Assembly (NCBI GenBank): GCA_965662175.1 | Contig: CBFIGT010000001.1 | Location: 1 to 62,889 of the forward strand | DNA length: 62,889 nt | Direction: 5' to 3' | DNA from: Arcobacter sp. | GTDB lineage: Bacteria > Campylobacterota > Campylobacteria > Campylobacterales > Arcobacteraceae | Program-made: the position numbers and the translations under genes | Shown: piece by piece, positions 10,491 through 19,924 of the stretch | Layout: each line of letters opens with the position of its first letter | Numbering within the stretch: the first letter of the stretch is position 1 | The notes under the pieces: generated by a model | What the model saw: the letters and a program-made list of their open reading frames with translations, nothing else | The model's database searches: none | What the model was told of the DNA's origin: nothing

Positions 10491-11603
10491 ATGAAAGAGC
10501 ATAATTATTTTAAATTGAATAAATTAGATGATAATAGTTTTAAATTGATTTTATTTAATAACTGGAATAAAAGTACTCTTTTAAAAAATATTAATGCCTT
10601 GGAAAAATCTAAGATACCTAAAAATGCAACTTTAAGTGTTGATTTTAAAGAGTTAAAAGAGTGTGATTCTTCTGCTATTATTTATCTTATCTCTTTTTTT
10701 AAAAGTTTTAAAAATGAAGTAACAATTCAAAATCTTTTAAATCATGAAAAAATCTATCAATTTTATGAAAAACATTATCAAGATAATAACTCTAAAGTTA
10801 AAGAAAAAACTCATTTTATAGAGAATATTGGAAAAAAAGCTTATGAAATATATCTTTCAAGTGTAAACTTTATAGAGTTCGTGGGAAAGGTATTTTACTT
10901 TTTTATTTATTCACTTATGCACCCTCGTAAAATGAGATTAATAGCGATGTTTAAATACATCGATACTTCGGCTGTAAATGCTTTGTTTATAGTGGGAATT
11001 ACCTCTTTTTTAGTTGGGGTTGTGATTGCTTATCAAGGGGCTGTTCAGCTTGAAAAGTTTGGAGCAAATATTTTTATTGTGGAGATGATTTCCATAACTA
11101 TGTTTAGAGAAATTGCTCCACTTGTAACAGCTATTGTAATAGCTGGACGAAGTGCTAGTTCTTATACTGCTGAGATTGGGGCTATGAAAATCACTGAAGA
11201 GATTGATGCTATGCGTATTATGAACTTTGAACCAACTCTCTTTTTGACACTTCCTAGGGTTTTTGCACTTGTGATATCTTTACCTTTATTGGTGTTTTTT
11301 GCAGATATTGTTGGTGTTTTTGGTGGTATGGTTATTGCTTATATTGATTTGGATGTGACTTTTTGGGAGTTTATAAATAGGTTAGGGCAAGAGATACCTT
11401 TAAAGCATCTATTGCTTGGAGTTTTCAAAGCTATATTTTTTGGAATTGCTATAGCTCTTATTGGATGTTATAGAGGTTTTCAAGTGGAAAATAATACTAC
11501 AAGTATTGGTAAATATACGACCATAAGTGTTGTAAATGCTATATTTGTAGTAATAGCTTTAAACGCTATTTTTTCTGTTATATTTACAGAGATTGGGATT
11601 TAA
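10491..11603 (+). CDS. mlaE: MlaE-family ABC permease with N-terminal STAS-like domain
   Basis: REIAPLVTAIVIAGRSASSYTAEIGAMKITEEIDAM signature. Confidence 0.92.
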   Translation: MKEHNYFKLNKLDDNSFKLILFNNWNKSTLLKNINALEKSKIPKNATLSVDFKELKECDSSAIIYLISFFKSFKNEVTIQNLLNHEKIYQFYEKHYQDNNSKVKEKTHFIENIGKKAYEIYLSSVNFIEFVGKVFYFFIYSLMHPRKMRLIAMFKYIDTSAVNALFIVGITSFLVGVVIAYQGAVQLEKFGANIFIVEMISITMFREIAPLVTAIVIAGRSASSYTAEIGAMKITEEIDAMRIMNFEPTLFLTLPRVFALVISLPLLVFFADIVGVFGGMVIAYIDLDVTFWEFINRLGQEIPLKHLLLGVFKAIFFGIAIALIGCYRGFQVENNTTSIGKYTTISVVNAIFVVIALNAIFSVIFTEIGI

Positions 11604-12340
11604 TGAGTATCATAAAAGTAAATAATCTTACAACAAGTTTTGGTGAAAATTTAGTACATGATAATATCTCTTTTTCTATAAATGAAAAAGAGATATTTGG
11701 AATAGTTGGTGGAAGTGGTGCTGGAAAAAGTGTACTTGTAAAACAGATTGTTATGTTAAATGAGATTCAAAATGGAACTATAAAGATTTTTGATAAAGAT
11801 ATCTCAAACTTGAATATGGAAGATAATCAAAAGATAAAACAGCAGTTCTCTTATCTTTTTCAGTTTGGGGCTTTGTACTCTTTTTTAAATGTGATTGAAA
11901 ATATTTCAGTTATGTTAAAAGAGTATACAGCTTTACCAAAAGATTTGATAGAAAAGATTGCTTATACAAACTTGGAGATAGTAGGTCTGCCAAAATCTAG
12001 TGCTTTACTTTATCCCTCACAATTAAGTGGTGGGATGAAAAAAAGAGTTGCTTTGGCAAGAGCTATTGCCATGCAACCTAAAATTCTATTTTTAGATGAG
12101 CCTACGAGTGGACTTGACCCTGCTAGTACTGAAAAGATAAATGAGTTAATAATATATTTACGAGATATCTTAAATATGACAATAGTTATAATAACTCACG
12201 ATTTAGGAACAATCAAAACAGTTTTAGATAGATTTATAATATTGAAAAAAGATATTATCTTTAATGGTAATATAATAGAGGCTAGTAATTCAGAAAATGA
12301 GTTTATAAAAGAGTTTTTAACAAAAAAGAGAGATGATTAA
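11603..12340 (+). CDS. mlaF: MlaF-family ABC ATPase
   Basis: GGSGAGKS, FQFGALYS, LSGGMKKRVALARA, LDEPTSGLDP. Confidence 0.92.
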   Translation: MSIIKVNNLTTSFGENLVHDNISFSINEKEIFGIVGGSGAGKSVLVKQIVMLNEIQNGTIKIFDKDISNLNMEDNQKIKQQFSYLFQFGALYSFLNVIENISVMLKEYTALPKDLIEKIAYTNLEIVGLPKSSALLYPSQLSGGMKKRVALARAIAMQPKILFLDEPTSGLDPASTEKINELIIYLRDILNMTIVIITHDLGTIKTVLDRFIILKKDIIFNGNIIEASNSENEFIKEFLTKKRDD

Positions 12341-13276
12341 ATGGATACTAAAATTAACTTTTTTAAAATAGGTATTTTTATAGTAGTTTCAACTATGCTA
12401 CTTCTTGGGGCTATATTTTGGCTAGGAAAGTATGGTTTTGAAGAGAAAAAATATGATACTTATGCCATATATTTTAAAGAGTCTATTTCAGGATTAAATA
12501 TTGGCTCTTCTATAAAATACAAAGGTTATGAAGTTGGAAGTGTTGATGAAATAAAGATTAATCCTAATAACTCAGAAGAGATACAATTAAACGTAGTAAT
12601 AAAAAAAGATACACCAATAAAAGAGGATAGTTATGCTGTTTTAGGAAACTTAGGAATTACAGGTCTTAAATATGTTGAGTTAAAAGGTGGAAGTAATGAT
12701 TCAAAGCTTTTAACAATAAATAAAGATGGGCCAACAATAATTCCCTCAAAACCCTCACTTTTTGCTTCCCTTGAAGAGTCTACACAAGATATCACAAAAG
12801 AGTTAACTTTGGTTTTGACTCAATTTAAAAAATTTTTAAATGATGAAAATATAGAGAACTTCTCTCAAACCCTTATAAATACAAAAAATAGTATGGGAAA
12901 TATTGAAGAAATCTCTTTAAGTATAAAAGAGAAACAAAATCTAATAGATGAACTTTTTATAAATTTTAACAATTTTGCAAAAGTAGGTAGTGAGTCTTTT
13001 GAAAGTATGAAAACATCAGCCTCAACAGTAAAAAGTTCAGCTGCCCAATTTCAACAATTATCTAAAAAACTTTTAGAGCTTATAGAGGAGGGTTCTTTTG
13101 ATATAAAAGAGTTATCCCAAGAGAGTTTTGATAAGTTAAATATTGTTTTAGATAGTTTAGAAGATAGCTTAGAAGATAGTCAGAAATTAATAGATAATTT
13201 AAATGAAAGCCCAAGTGATATACTTTTTAAACATAAAGATATTAAATATGGACCAGGAGAAATAGATGAAAAATAG
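12341..13276 (+). CDS. mlaD: MlaD/MCE-domain protein with helical extension
   Basis: TM helix; ESISGLNIGSSIKYKGYEVGSV and GITGLKYVEL MCE motifs. Confidence 0.9.
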   Translation: MDTKINFFKIGIFIVVSTMLLLGAIFWLGKYGFEEKKYDTYAIYFKESISGLNIGSSIKYKGYEVGSVDEIKINPNNSEEIQLNVVIKKDTPIKEDSYAVLGNLGITGLKYVELKGGSNDSKLLTINKDGPTIIPSKPSLFASLEESTQDITKELTLVLTQFKKFLNDENIENFSQTLINTKNSMGNIEEISLSIKEKQNLIDELFINFNNFAKVGSESFESMKTSASTVKSSAAQFQQLSKKLLELIEEGSFDIKELSQESFDKLNIVLDSLEDSLEDSQKLIDNLNESPSDILFKHKDIKYGPGEIDEK

Positions 13277-13862
13277 TATAAAAATTCTTTTTACCTTACT
13301 TGTTGTGTCGTTTTTTACAGCTTGTAGTTTTAAACAAAATGTTTTAAATATAAATCATTATGCTATTGCTTTTTCTTCAAACAATCAAATTTTAGAAAAT
13401 AGCTCAAAATCAATCTATATAGAAAAACCAGAGGTAAATAAGAGTTTTAATACAAATGCCATACTCTACTCTTCAAAACTATATTTATTTGAAGAGTATG
13501 CAAAAAATAGATGGATAAATCAGCCAAAATACATGATTCATGATAATTTAACTCAAACTTTTGAGAAGAGTAATATTTTTAAATTTGTATTACAAAAAAA
13601 ATCAAATATTGATTTTGACTATTCTTTAAAAACAAATATATCAACTTTATATCATAAAATAGAAGTAGATAAATCTTTTGCTATTTTAAAAATTAGATTT
13701 GATTTAATATCTGGAAAAAAGTATATAAAAACATATAGTTATGATAAAAAGCTTTTATGTGATAGTACAGATGCCTATGGTTTTGTACTTGCCTTAAATA
13801 AGGCTTTTGCTGAGGTAGTTAATGATTTAACAACACAAATTAAAAGTGAAATTAAAGATTAA
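13266..13862 (+). CDS. ABC transport auxiliary lipoprotein (PqiC-like)
   Basis: Lipobox FTAC; YAKNRW motif; last gene of the mlaEFD operon. Confidence 0.82.
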   Translation: MKNSIKILFTLLVVSFFTACSFKQNVLNINHYAIAFSSNNQILENSSKSIYIEKPEVNKSFNTNAILYSSKLYLFEEYAKNRWINQPKYMIHDNLTQTFEKSNIFKFVLQKKSNIDFDYSLKTNISTLYHKIEVDKSFAILKIRFDLISGKKYIKTYSYDKKLLCDSTDAYGFVLALNKAFAEVVNDLTTQIKSEIKD

Positions 13863-14209
13863 TAGATATTTTTTCTAACCATTTTTTTAAAGGCTTTCAT
13901 ATGAACTTTTAGCATCTTAGGAATAATATCCTCTTTGCAAGCGTGAACAATATTTGCAAGTTCAGGTTTAGAGTATATTGTATTTCTATCTCTTGCTAAT
14001 AAAATCAATCGATTCATATCATCATCTAAAACTATATCTTTTCTATCGCAAATAGCATCATAAACATAAAAAAACATTCTTCTCTCTTCACTAGACATTT
14101 GACAAGAGTCATCTAACATCTTAAGTGCTAGTTTTCCAGCATACTCTACTTCAATATCTTCAAATTTATAAGTAAGTGCCCAGTTATAGGCTTTTTCTAA
14201 AATATCCAT
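13859..14209 (-). CDS. Hypothetical cytoplasmic helical protein
   Basis: Starts 1 nt after the hemerythrin stop, GAGG RBS; 116 aa ORF. Confidence 0.75.
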   Translation of the reverse strand: MDILEKAYNWALTYKFEDIEVEYAGKLALKMLDDSCQMSSEERRMFFYVYDAICDRKDIVLDDDMNRLILLARDRNTIYSKPELANIVHACKEDIIPKMLKVHMKAFKKMVRKNIY

Positions 14210-14210
14210 A

Positions 14211-14612
14211 CTATAATCCTCTTTTATTAAGGTGGGAAACTAAATCACTATCCATACTAAGTAAATGCACATCAAACCAATATGGAAGTTTTTCAATATA
14301 ATATGCCTTTAGCATTTTTTGACCAAATTTTGAATTGGAGTTTTTTAAAAAATACTCCATTTCCATTAAGACTTTTTTATGTTCATCTTTATGCTCTTTT
14401 TTTGTTGGATAATCATACTTATCCATTAACTCTTCTTCATGGGCAAAATGGTTTTTACTATGTGATAATAGTTCTCTACTTTTATTGATAATCGAATTAA
14501 TAGAGTCTAAATCTACACTATTGTAAATATCAATAAACTCATGGTGTAAGTTATCAATCTCATTTTGTTTTAGTATATGTTTTTTATTGTCAAAGTTTAT
14601 TATATTTTTCAT
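14211..14612 (-). CDS. Single-domain bacteriohemerythrin
   Basis: IDNLH, HFAHEEELM, HKDEH, H-x4-D diiron ligand pattern. Confidence 0.92.
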   Translation of the reverse strand: MKNIINFDNKKHILKQNEIDNLHHEFIDIYNSVDLDSINSIINKSRELLSHSKNHFAHEEELMDKYDYPTKKEHKDEHKKVLMEMEYFLKNSNSKFGQKMLKAYYIEKLPYWFDVHLLSMDSDLVSHLNKRGL

Positions 14613-14685
14613 TTATTTGTTTATGCAAGTTTTATTCCAAGTTTATTATAAGGCTAGTTTTGATAAAAAATTATAAAGGAAAAAT

Positions 14686-15372
14686 ATGAAATTTGATAAA
14701 TTATATAGTGGTAAATTAATTAAAAGATATAAAAGATTTTTGGCAGATATTATTTTAGAAGATGGCAAAGAGATAACAGCTCATGTTCCAAATAGTGGGG
14801 CTATGACCTCTTGTATAGAAGAAAATTGTGATGTTTGGGTAACTTTTCATGATAATCCAAAAAGAAAATTAAAATATACATTAGAGCTTACAAAAATGGG
14901 TGAAAACTTAATTTGCACAAATACAGGTGTTGCAAATAAAATTGCAATAGAAGCCATAGAAAATGGAGTGATAAAAGAGCTTCAATCTTATAGTTCATTA
15001 AAGCCTGAACAAAAGTATGGAGTAAATAGTAGAATTGATATTTTGTTAGAAAATGAAAATGAAAAATGTTATGTGGAGGTTAAAAGCGTAAGTTTAAGAG
15101 TTGAGAATAGTTTAGCTTTTCCTGATGCTGTTACTACAAGAGGAAAAAAACATTTGGATGAACTAGTATCTATGATAGAAGAAGGGCATAGAGCTGTTAT
15201 GTTATATGTTATTCAAAGAACTGATGATTTGCCATTTAGAATTGCAAATGAGATTGATAAAAAATATTTTGAAGCATTTAATGAAGCTAGAAGAAAAGGT
15301 GTTGAAGTTTTAGTTTATCAATCGGATATTAGTTTTGATGAGATAAATATAAAAAAATCTATTAATTTTTAG
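14686..15372 (+). CDS. sfsA: DNA/RNA nuclease SfsA
   Basis: KRYKRFLAD, HVPNSGAM, SRIDILL, VEVKSV, FPDAVTTRGKKHL. Confidence 0.95.
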   Translation: MKFDKLYSGKLIKRYKRFLADIILEDGKEITAHVPNSGAMTSCIEENCDVWVTFHDNPKRKLKYTLELTKMGENLICTNTGVANKIAIEAIENGVIKELQSYSSLKPEQKYGVNSRIDILLENENEKCYVEVKSVSLRVENSLAFPDAVTTRGKKHLDELVSMIEEGHRAVMLYVIQRTDDLPFRIANEIDKKYFEAFNEARRKGVEVLVYQSDISFDEINIKKSINF

Positions 15373-15374
15373 GC

Positions 15375-15406
15375 AAAAAAAAAGAGGCTTCGCGGGCCTC
15401 TTTTTT
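15375..15406. terminator. Bidirectional intrinsic terminator
   Basis: A9-GAGGC-TTCGCGG-GCCTC-T6. Confidence 0.85.
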
Positions 15407-15445
15407 AGGAGAAAAATGAAAAAAGACGTTCGTAATTCGTCTTGT
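15375..15445 (-). ncRNA. Candidate ~70 nt sRNA with anti-SD segment
   Basis: Extended -10 TGTTATAAT at 15460-15452, 5' hairpin AAGACG-N9-CGUCUU, CAUUUUUCUCCU linker, terminator with U9. Confidence 0.55.
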
Positions 15446-15533
15446 AAAGTAATTATAACAAGTGATGATAAATGGATAAATAATAAAAGGTTAATGAAAA
15501 GATAATAGAAGAGTTTTTTTTATGACTTTAAAA

Positions 15534-15559
15534 TTTTAGTGGGTTTCCCCACCAAAATC
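15534..15559 (-). terminator. PFOR terminator
   Basis: Minus strand ATTTTGGTGGG-GAAA-CCCACTAAAAT followed by T's, right after the stop. Confidence 0.65.
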
Positions 15560-15560
15560 T

Positions 15561-18500
15561 TTAAGCTTCAACTGTTTCTAATTCATCAGAATAATCAGCT
15601 GCCGCCATTCTTGTAAGTTGTCTATATCTATATTGTGCCTCTTTTTTATTTTGTTCTAATAAAAACTGTGCATGTTCAGGGTTTAGTTTTTTTAGAGATC
15701 TATATCTATTTTCTCTTAATAAGAACTCTTCATATCTATCCCAGTTTGGTTTTTTACCAGCTATTTTAATTGGATTTTTACCCTCTTCGATTTTTCTAGG
15801 ATCAAATGTATAAATTGGCCAGTAACCACAATCAGTTGCTAATTGTCCTTGGTCAACTGATTTCATCAATCCACCTTGAATACCATGTGCAATACAAGGT
15901 GAGTATGCAATAATTAATGATGGTCCATCATACTCTTCAGCCTCTTTCATAGCCTGAGCTGTTTGTTTTTGACTAGCTCTTGAGTTGATTTGTGCAACAT
16001 AAATATTTCCATAAGTCATAGAGATATAACCTAAGTCTTTTTTAGCATTTGGTTTACCATCATTTGTAAAATCAGCAATAGAACCTGTTCTTGCTGCTTT
16101 TGATGATTGTCCTCCTGTATTTGAGTAAACTTCAGTATCAACAACTAAAACATTTACATTTTCACCAGTTGAAAGAACATGGTCAAGTCCACCATAACCA
16201 ATATCATAAGCCCAACCATCTCCACCAATCATCCATTGAGATTTTCTAACAATATATTTTTTAAGAGAAAGTAAATCTTTTACGCCAGGTAAATCTTGGT
16301 TTTGCTCTAATTGAGGAACTAATTTATCTCTAATCTCTTGAGTTCTTTTTCCATTTGATCTATTTTCTAACCACTCTTTATATAATACTTTAAGTGGATT
16401 AGATACCTCTTCCATACTCTCTTTCATGATAGTACCAATTCTATTTCTAATAGTTTCATTAGCAGCATGCATACCATAACCAAACTCAGCTGTATCTTCA
16501 AATAATGAGTTTGCCCATGCAGGACCTTCACCTTTGTCATTTTTAGTATATGGAGTTGATGGCGCTGATGCTGAATATATTGATGTACATCCAGTAGCAT
16601 TTGCAATCATCATTCTATCCCCAAACATTTGAGTAGCTAATGTGATATATGGAGTTTCTCCACATCCAGGACAGGCACTATGGAACTCAAATAAAGGTTT
16701 AGCAAATTGAGAACCTTTTAATGTATCTTTAGCAATTAAGTAATCTTTGTATGTTACATCATTAAATAAGTAATCTGCATTTTCTTGCTCACCATCATCA
16801 GCTTCTTGTGCATATGGAACCATTTTAAGAGATTTTTCAGCAGTTGGACAAATATCAACACAAACATTACAACCCGTACAATCTAAAATCGATACTTGGA
16901 TTTTGTATTTTAATCCTTGATTTTTTAGACCTTTTCCTGTTGCATCAATAGAGTATTTCTTAACTCCCTCAGGAGCATTTTCATACTCTTGTTCATCTAA
17001 TAAAAATGGTCTAATAACAGCATGTGGACACTCAAAGGCACATTGGTTACATTGGATACAAGTCTCTTCATTCCACTCAGGAACCATTGTAGCAATTCCT
17101 CTTTTTTCATATTTAGTAGAACCGTTTTCAAAAGTACCATCTTCTCTACCTGCAAAAATTGAAACAGGTAAAGTATCCCCTTTTGCTGCATTTACAACTT
17201 TTGCAAAGTTTTCAACAAAATCAGAACCTTTATAGTTTGAGTTAACTACTAAAGGACCAGCTTGGATATTTGCCCATGAAGAATCAACAGTAACTTTTTC
17301 AATTCCACCCTCACCAGCATCAATTGCTGCGTAGTTCATTTTTACAATCTCTTCACCTTTGTTTCCATAGGCTTTTTCAGCATACTCTTTCATATACTCT
17401 TTTGCTGTTTCATAATCAATTACATTTGCAAGTTTAAAAAATGCAGCTTGCATAATTGTATTTGTTCTTGTTCCTAATCCAATATCACGTGCTAATTTTG
17501 TTGCATTGATAATATAAAAGTTAACTTTTTTATCTGCTAAGATTTTTTTAACCCTATCAGGGATTCTAGGAATTAAATCTTCAGGTGAATAGATTGAGTT
17601 AAGTAAGAAAGTTCCTCCCTCTCTAATTTTGTCAATAACTTCATATTGCTCTAAATATACCTCTTTTGAACATGCAACAAAACTAGGTGTTGATACAAGA
17701 TAAGTTGAGCGAATTGGGTTTTTAGAGAATCTTAAGTGTGATCTTGTATATCCACCTGATTTTTTTGAATCATATGCAAAATATGCTTGTGCATACATAT
17801 CTGTTTTATCACCAATAATTTTTACAGAGTTTTTGTTAGCTCCAACAGTACCATCAGCACCTAAACCATAAAATAGACACTCATTTACATCTTCAACAAC
17901 AGCAATATTTTCACCAACATCAATTGAAGTAAATGTTACATCATCATTAATACCAACAGTAAAGTGATCTTTAGGTTCCTCTTTTGCTAAATTATCATAT
18001 AAAGCAATAATTTGTGCAGGTGGAACATCTTTTGAAGATAATCCATATCTACCACCAATAATTTTAGGTTGTTTTTTTTCTCCGTAGAATACAGATTTAA
18101 TATCTAAAAATAGTGGCTCACCTAAACTTCCTGGCTCTTTTGTTCTATCAATTACACAAATTCTTTCTACAGAATCAGGTAATACATTCATAAAGTATTT
18201 AGTTGAAAATGGTCTATAAAGATGAACTGTTAATAAACCAACTTTTCTACCCTCTACTTTTGTTAAGTAATCAATTGTTTCTTTGATTGTTTCAGTTACA
18301 GAACCCATAGCAATAATTATATCAGTTGCATCAGAAGCTCCATAATAAGTAAATGGTGCATAATCTCTACCTGTTACTTTAGAGATTTCTTGCATATAAT
18401 CATTTACAATATCAGGAATAGCATCATAAAATTTATTTGAAGCTTCTCTTCCTTGGAAATAGATATCATCATTTTGAGCTGTTCCTCTTGTAATTGGTGA

Positions 18501-19133
18501 TTCAGGATTTAAAGAGGTATCTCTAAATTTTTGAACAGCCTCTTTATCTAATAATTTATCAAATACATCATAATCCATAACTTCAACTTTGTTGATTTCA
18601 TGTGAAGTTCTAAATCCATCAAAGAAGTGCATAAATGGAACTCTACCTTTAATTGCTGCTAAGTGAGCAACTCCACCTATATCCATAACTTCTTGAACAG
18701 AACCTGTTGCTAGCATTGCAAAACCAGTTGCACGTGCTGACATAACATCTTGATGATCTCCAAAAATTGATAATGCATGAGCTGCTAATGCACGTGCTGA
18801 TACATGAATAACCCCAGGTAAAAGTTGCCCCGCCACTTTATACATATTTGGGATTTTTAATAAAAGACCTTGAGATGCTGTATATGTTGTTGTAAGTGCC
18901 CCCGCTTGTAGTGATCCATGAAATGTACCTGCTGCCCCCGCTTCAGATTGCATTTCAATAACCTTTACAGTCGAACCAAATAGATTTTTCTTACCTTGAG
19001 TTGCCCACTTCTCAGTATTATCACCCATTTGAGACGAAGGAGTAATAGGATAAACTCCAGCTACTTCTGTGAAAGCATATGACACATATGCAGCTGCTTC
19101 ATTACCATCCATTGTTGCGAATTTTTTTGACAT
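15561..19133 (-). CDS. nifJ: Pyruvate:ferredoxin/flavodoxin oxidoreductase (single-chain)
   Basis: YPITPSS, MQSEAGAAG, two CxxCxxCxxxCP clusters, ACPGCGETPY, GGDGWAYDIG TPP motif. Confidence 0.96.
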   Translation of the reverse strand: MSKKFATMDGNEAAAYVSYAFTEVAGVYPITPSSQMGDNTEKWATQGKKNLFGSTVKVIEMQSEAGAAGTFHGSLQAGALTTTYTASQGLLLKIPNMYKVAGQLLPGVIHVSARALAAHALSIFGDHQDVMSARATGFAMLATGSVQEVMDIGGVAHLAAIKGRVPFMHFFDGFRTSHEINKVEVMDYDVFDKLLDKEAVQKFRDTSLNPESPITRGTAQNDDIYFQGREASNKFYDAIPDIVNDYMQEISKVTGRDYAPFTYYGASDATDIIIAMGSVTETIKETIDYLTKVEGRKVGLLTVHLYRPFSTKYFMNVLPDSVERICVIDRTKEPGSLGEPLFLDIKSVFYGEKKQPKIIGGRYGLSSKDVPPAQIIALYDNLAKEEPKDHFTVGINDDVTFTSIDVGENIAVVEDVNECLFYGLGADGTVGANKNSVKIIGDKTDMYAQAYFAYDSKKSGGYTRSHLRFSKNPIRSTYLVSTPSFVACSKEVYLEQYEVIDKIREGGTFLLNSIYSPEDLIPRIPDRVKKILADKKVNFYIINATKLARDIGLGTRTNTIMQAAFFKLANVIDYETAKEYMKEYAEKAYGNKGEEIVKMNYAAIDAGEGGIEKVTVDSSWANIQAGPLVVNSNYKGSDFVENFAKVVNAAKGDTLPVSIFAGREDGTFENGSTKYEKRGIATMVPEWNEETCIQCNQCAFECPHAVIRPFLLDEQEYENAPEGVKKYSIDATGKGLKNQGLKYKIQVSILDCTGCNVCVDICPTAEKSLKMVPYAQEADDGEQENADYLFNDVTYKDYLIAKDTLKGSQFAKPLFEFHSACPGCGETPYITLATQMFGDRMMIANATGCTSIYSASAPSTPYTKNDKGEGPAWANSLFEDTAEFGYGMHAANETIRNRIGTIMKESMEEVSNPLKVLYKEWLENRSNGKRTQEIRDKLVPQLEQNQDLPGVKDLLSLKKYIVRKSQWMIGGDGWAYDIGYGGLDHVLSTGENVNVLVVDTEVYSNTGGQSSKAARTGSIADFTNDGKPNAKKDLGYISMTYGNIYVAQINSRASQKQTAQAMKEAEEYDGPSLIIAYSPCIAHGIQGGLMKSVDQGQLATDCGYWPIYTFDPRKIEEGKNPIKIAGKKPNWDRYEEFLLRENRYRSLKKLNPEHAQFLLEQNKKEAQYRYRQLTRMAAADYSDELETVEA

Positions 19134-19255
19134 ACTAATTCCTTTAATCTTTATTTATCATATTAAGCAATCTAAACGAGTTATAATTATAATTAATAAT
19201 TATAACTAATTATTTAACATTTGTTTATTTTAAGATTAAAGAATTTAAAACAATA

Positions 19256-19921
19256 TTAATTTGAGGAGTTGTTTATGGATAGTTTCTTAATAAGTTTTAC
19301 AGCTTCTAAAGAATTTTTACTAATAAATGAAGTATATTGTTTTAAATCATCTTCACTTCCATATCCACATAAAACACCCACAGAGTTTACTCCAGCGCTA
19401 TTTGCGGCTAAAATATCTAGTTGAGTATCTCCTATCATCCATATATTTGAAGTTTTTCCAATCTTCATTTGATCTAAAGTTATTAAAATAGGTTCAGGAT
19501 GGGGTTTTGGATTTTCAACATGTTCACGACCTGTTATAATTTCAAAATATTTTAAAATGCCAAAATGTTCAAGAAGTGGTATTGTATAAGCACCTGTTTT
19601 TGTTGTAACAACAGATAATCTTGCAAATTTACTTGCATACTCTAATGTCTCTATTGCATCACATAAAAGAAGAGTTTTTTCAGTTGATATTTTTCTATAT
19701 CTCTCTTTATAAGCATGTACAAAATCCCAAACAACATCTTCATCTATTCCTAGGTCCAAAAACATAATATCTAAAGGATGACCTATTAAATCCATAATAT
19801 CTTTATCTGTTCCTTTAAAATCATAATTCATCTCTTTGAAAGCATGATGAAATGTAGATACAATAGCCTCTGTGGAATCAATTAGTGTTCCATCTAAATC
19901 AAATAGTATAATATTTTCCAA
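19256..19921 (-). CDS. HAD family hydrolase (phosphoglycolate phosphatase-like)
   Basis: FDLDGTLIDS, KPHPEP, MIGDTQLD. Confidence 0.9.
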   Translation of the reverse strand: MENIILFDLDGTLIDSTEAIVSTFHHAFKEMNYDFKGTDKDIMDLIGHPLDIMFLDLGIDEDVVWDFVHAYKERYRKISTEKTLLLCDAIETLEYASKFARLSVVTTKTGAYTIPLLEHFGILKYFEIITGREHVENPKPHPEPILITLDQMKIGKTSNIWMIGDTQLDILAANSAGVNSVGVLCGYGSEDDLKQYTSFISKNSLEAVKLIKKLSINNSSN

Positions 19922-19924
19922 TTT

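Noticed and set aside
15416-15505. Plus-strand 29 aa ORF (MKKDVRNSSCK...) with a perfect AGGAG RBS
   Set aside because: Directly downstream of a terminator with no room for a promoter, and not toxin-like; better explained as the complement of the anti-SD sRNA, though not excluded
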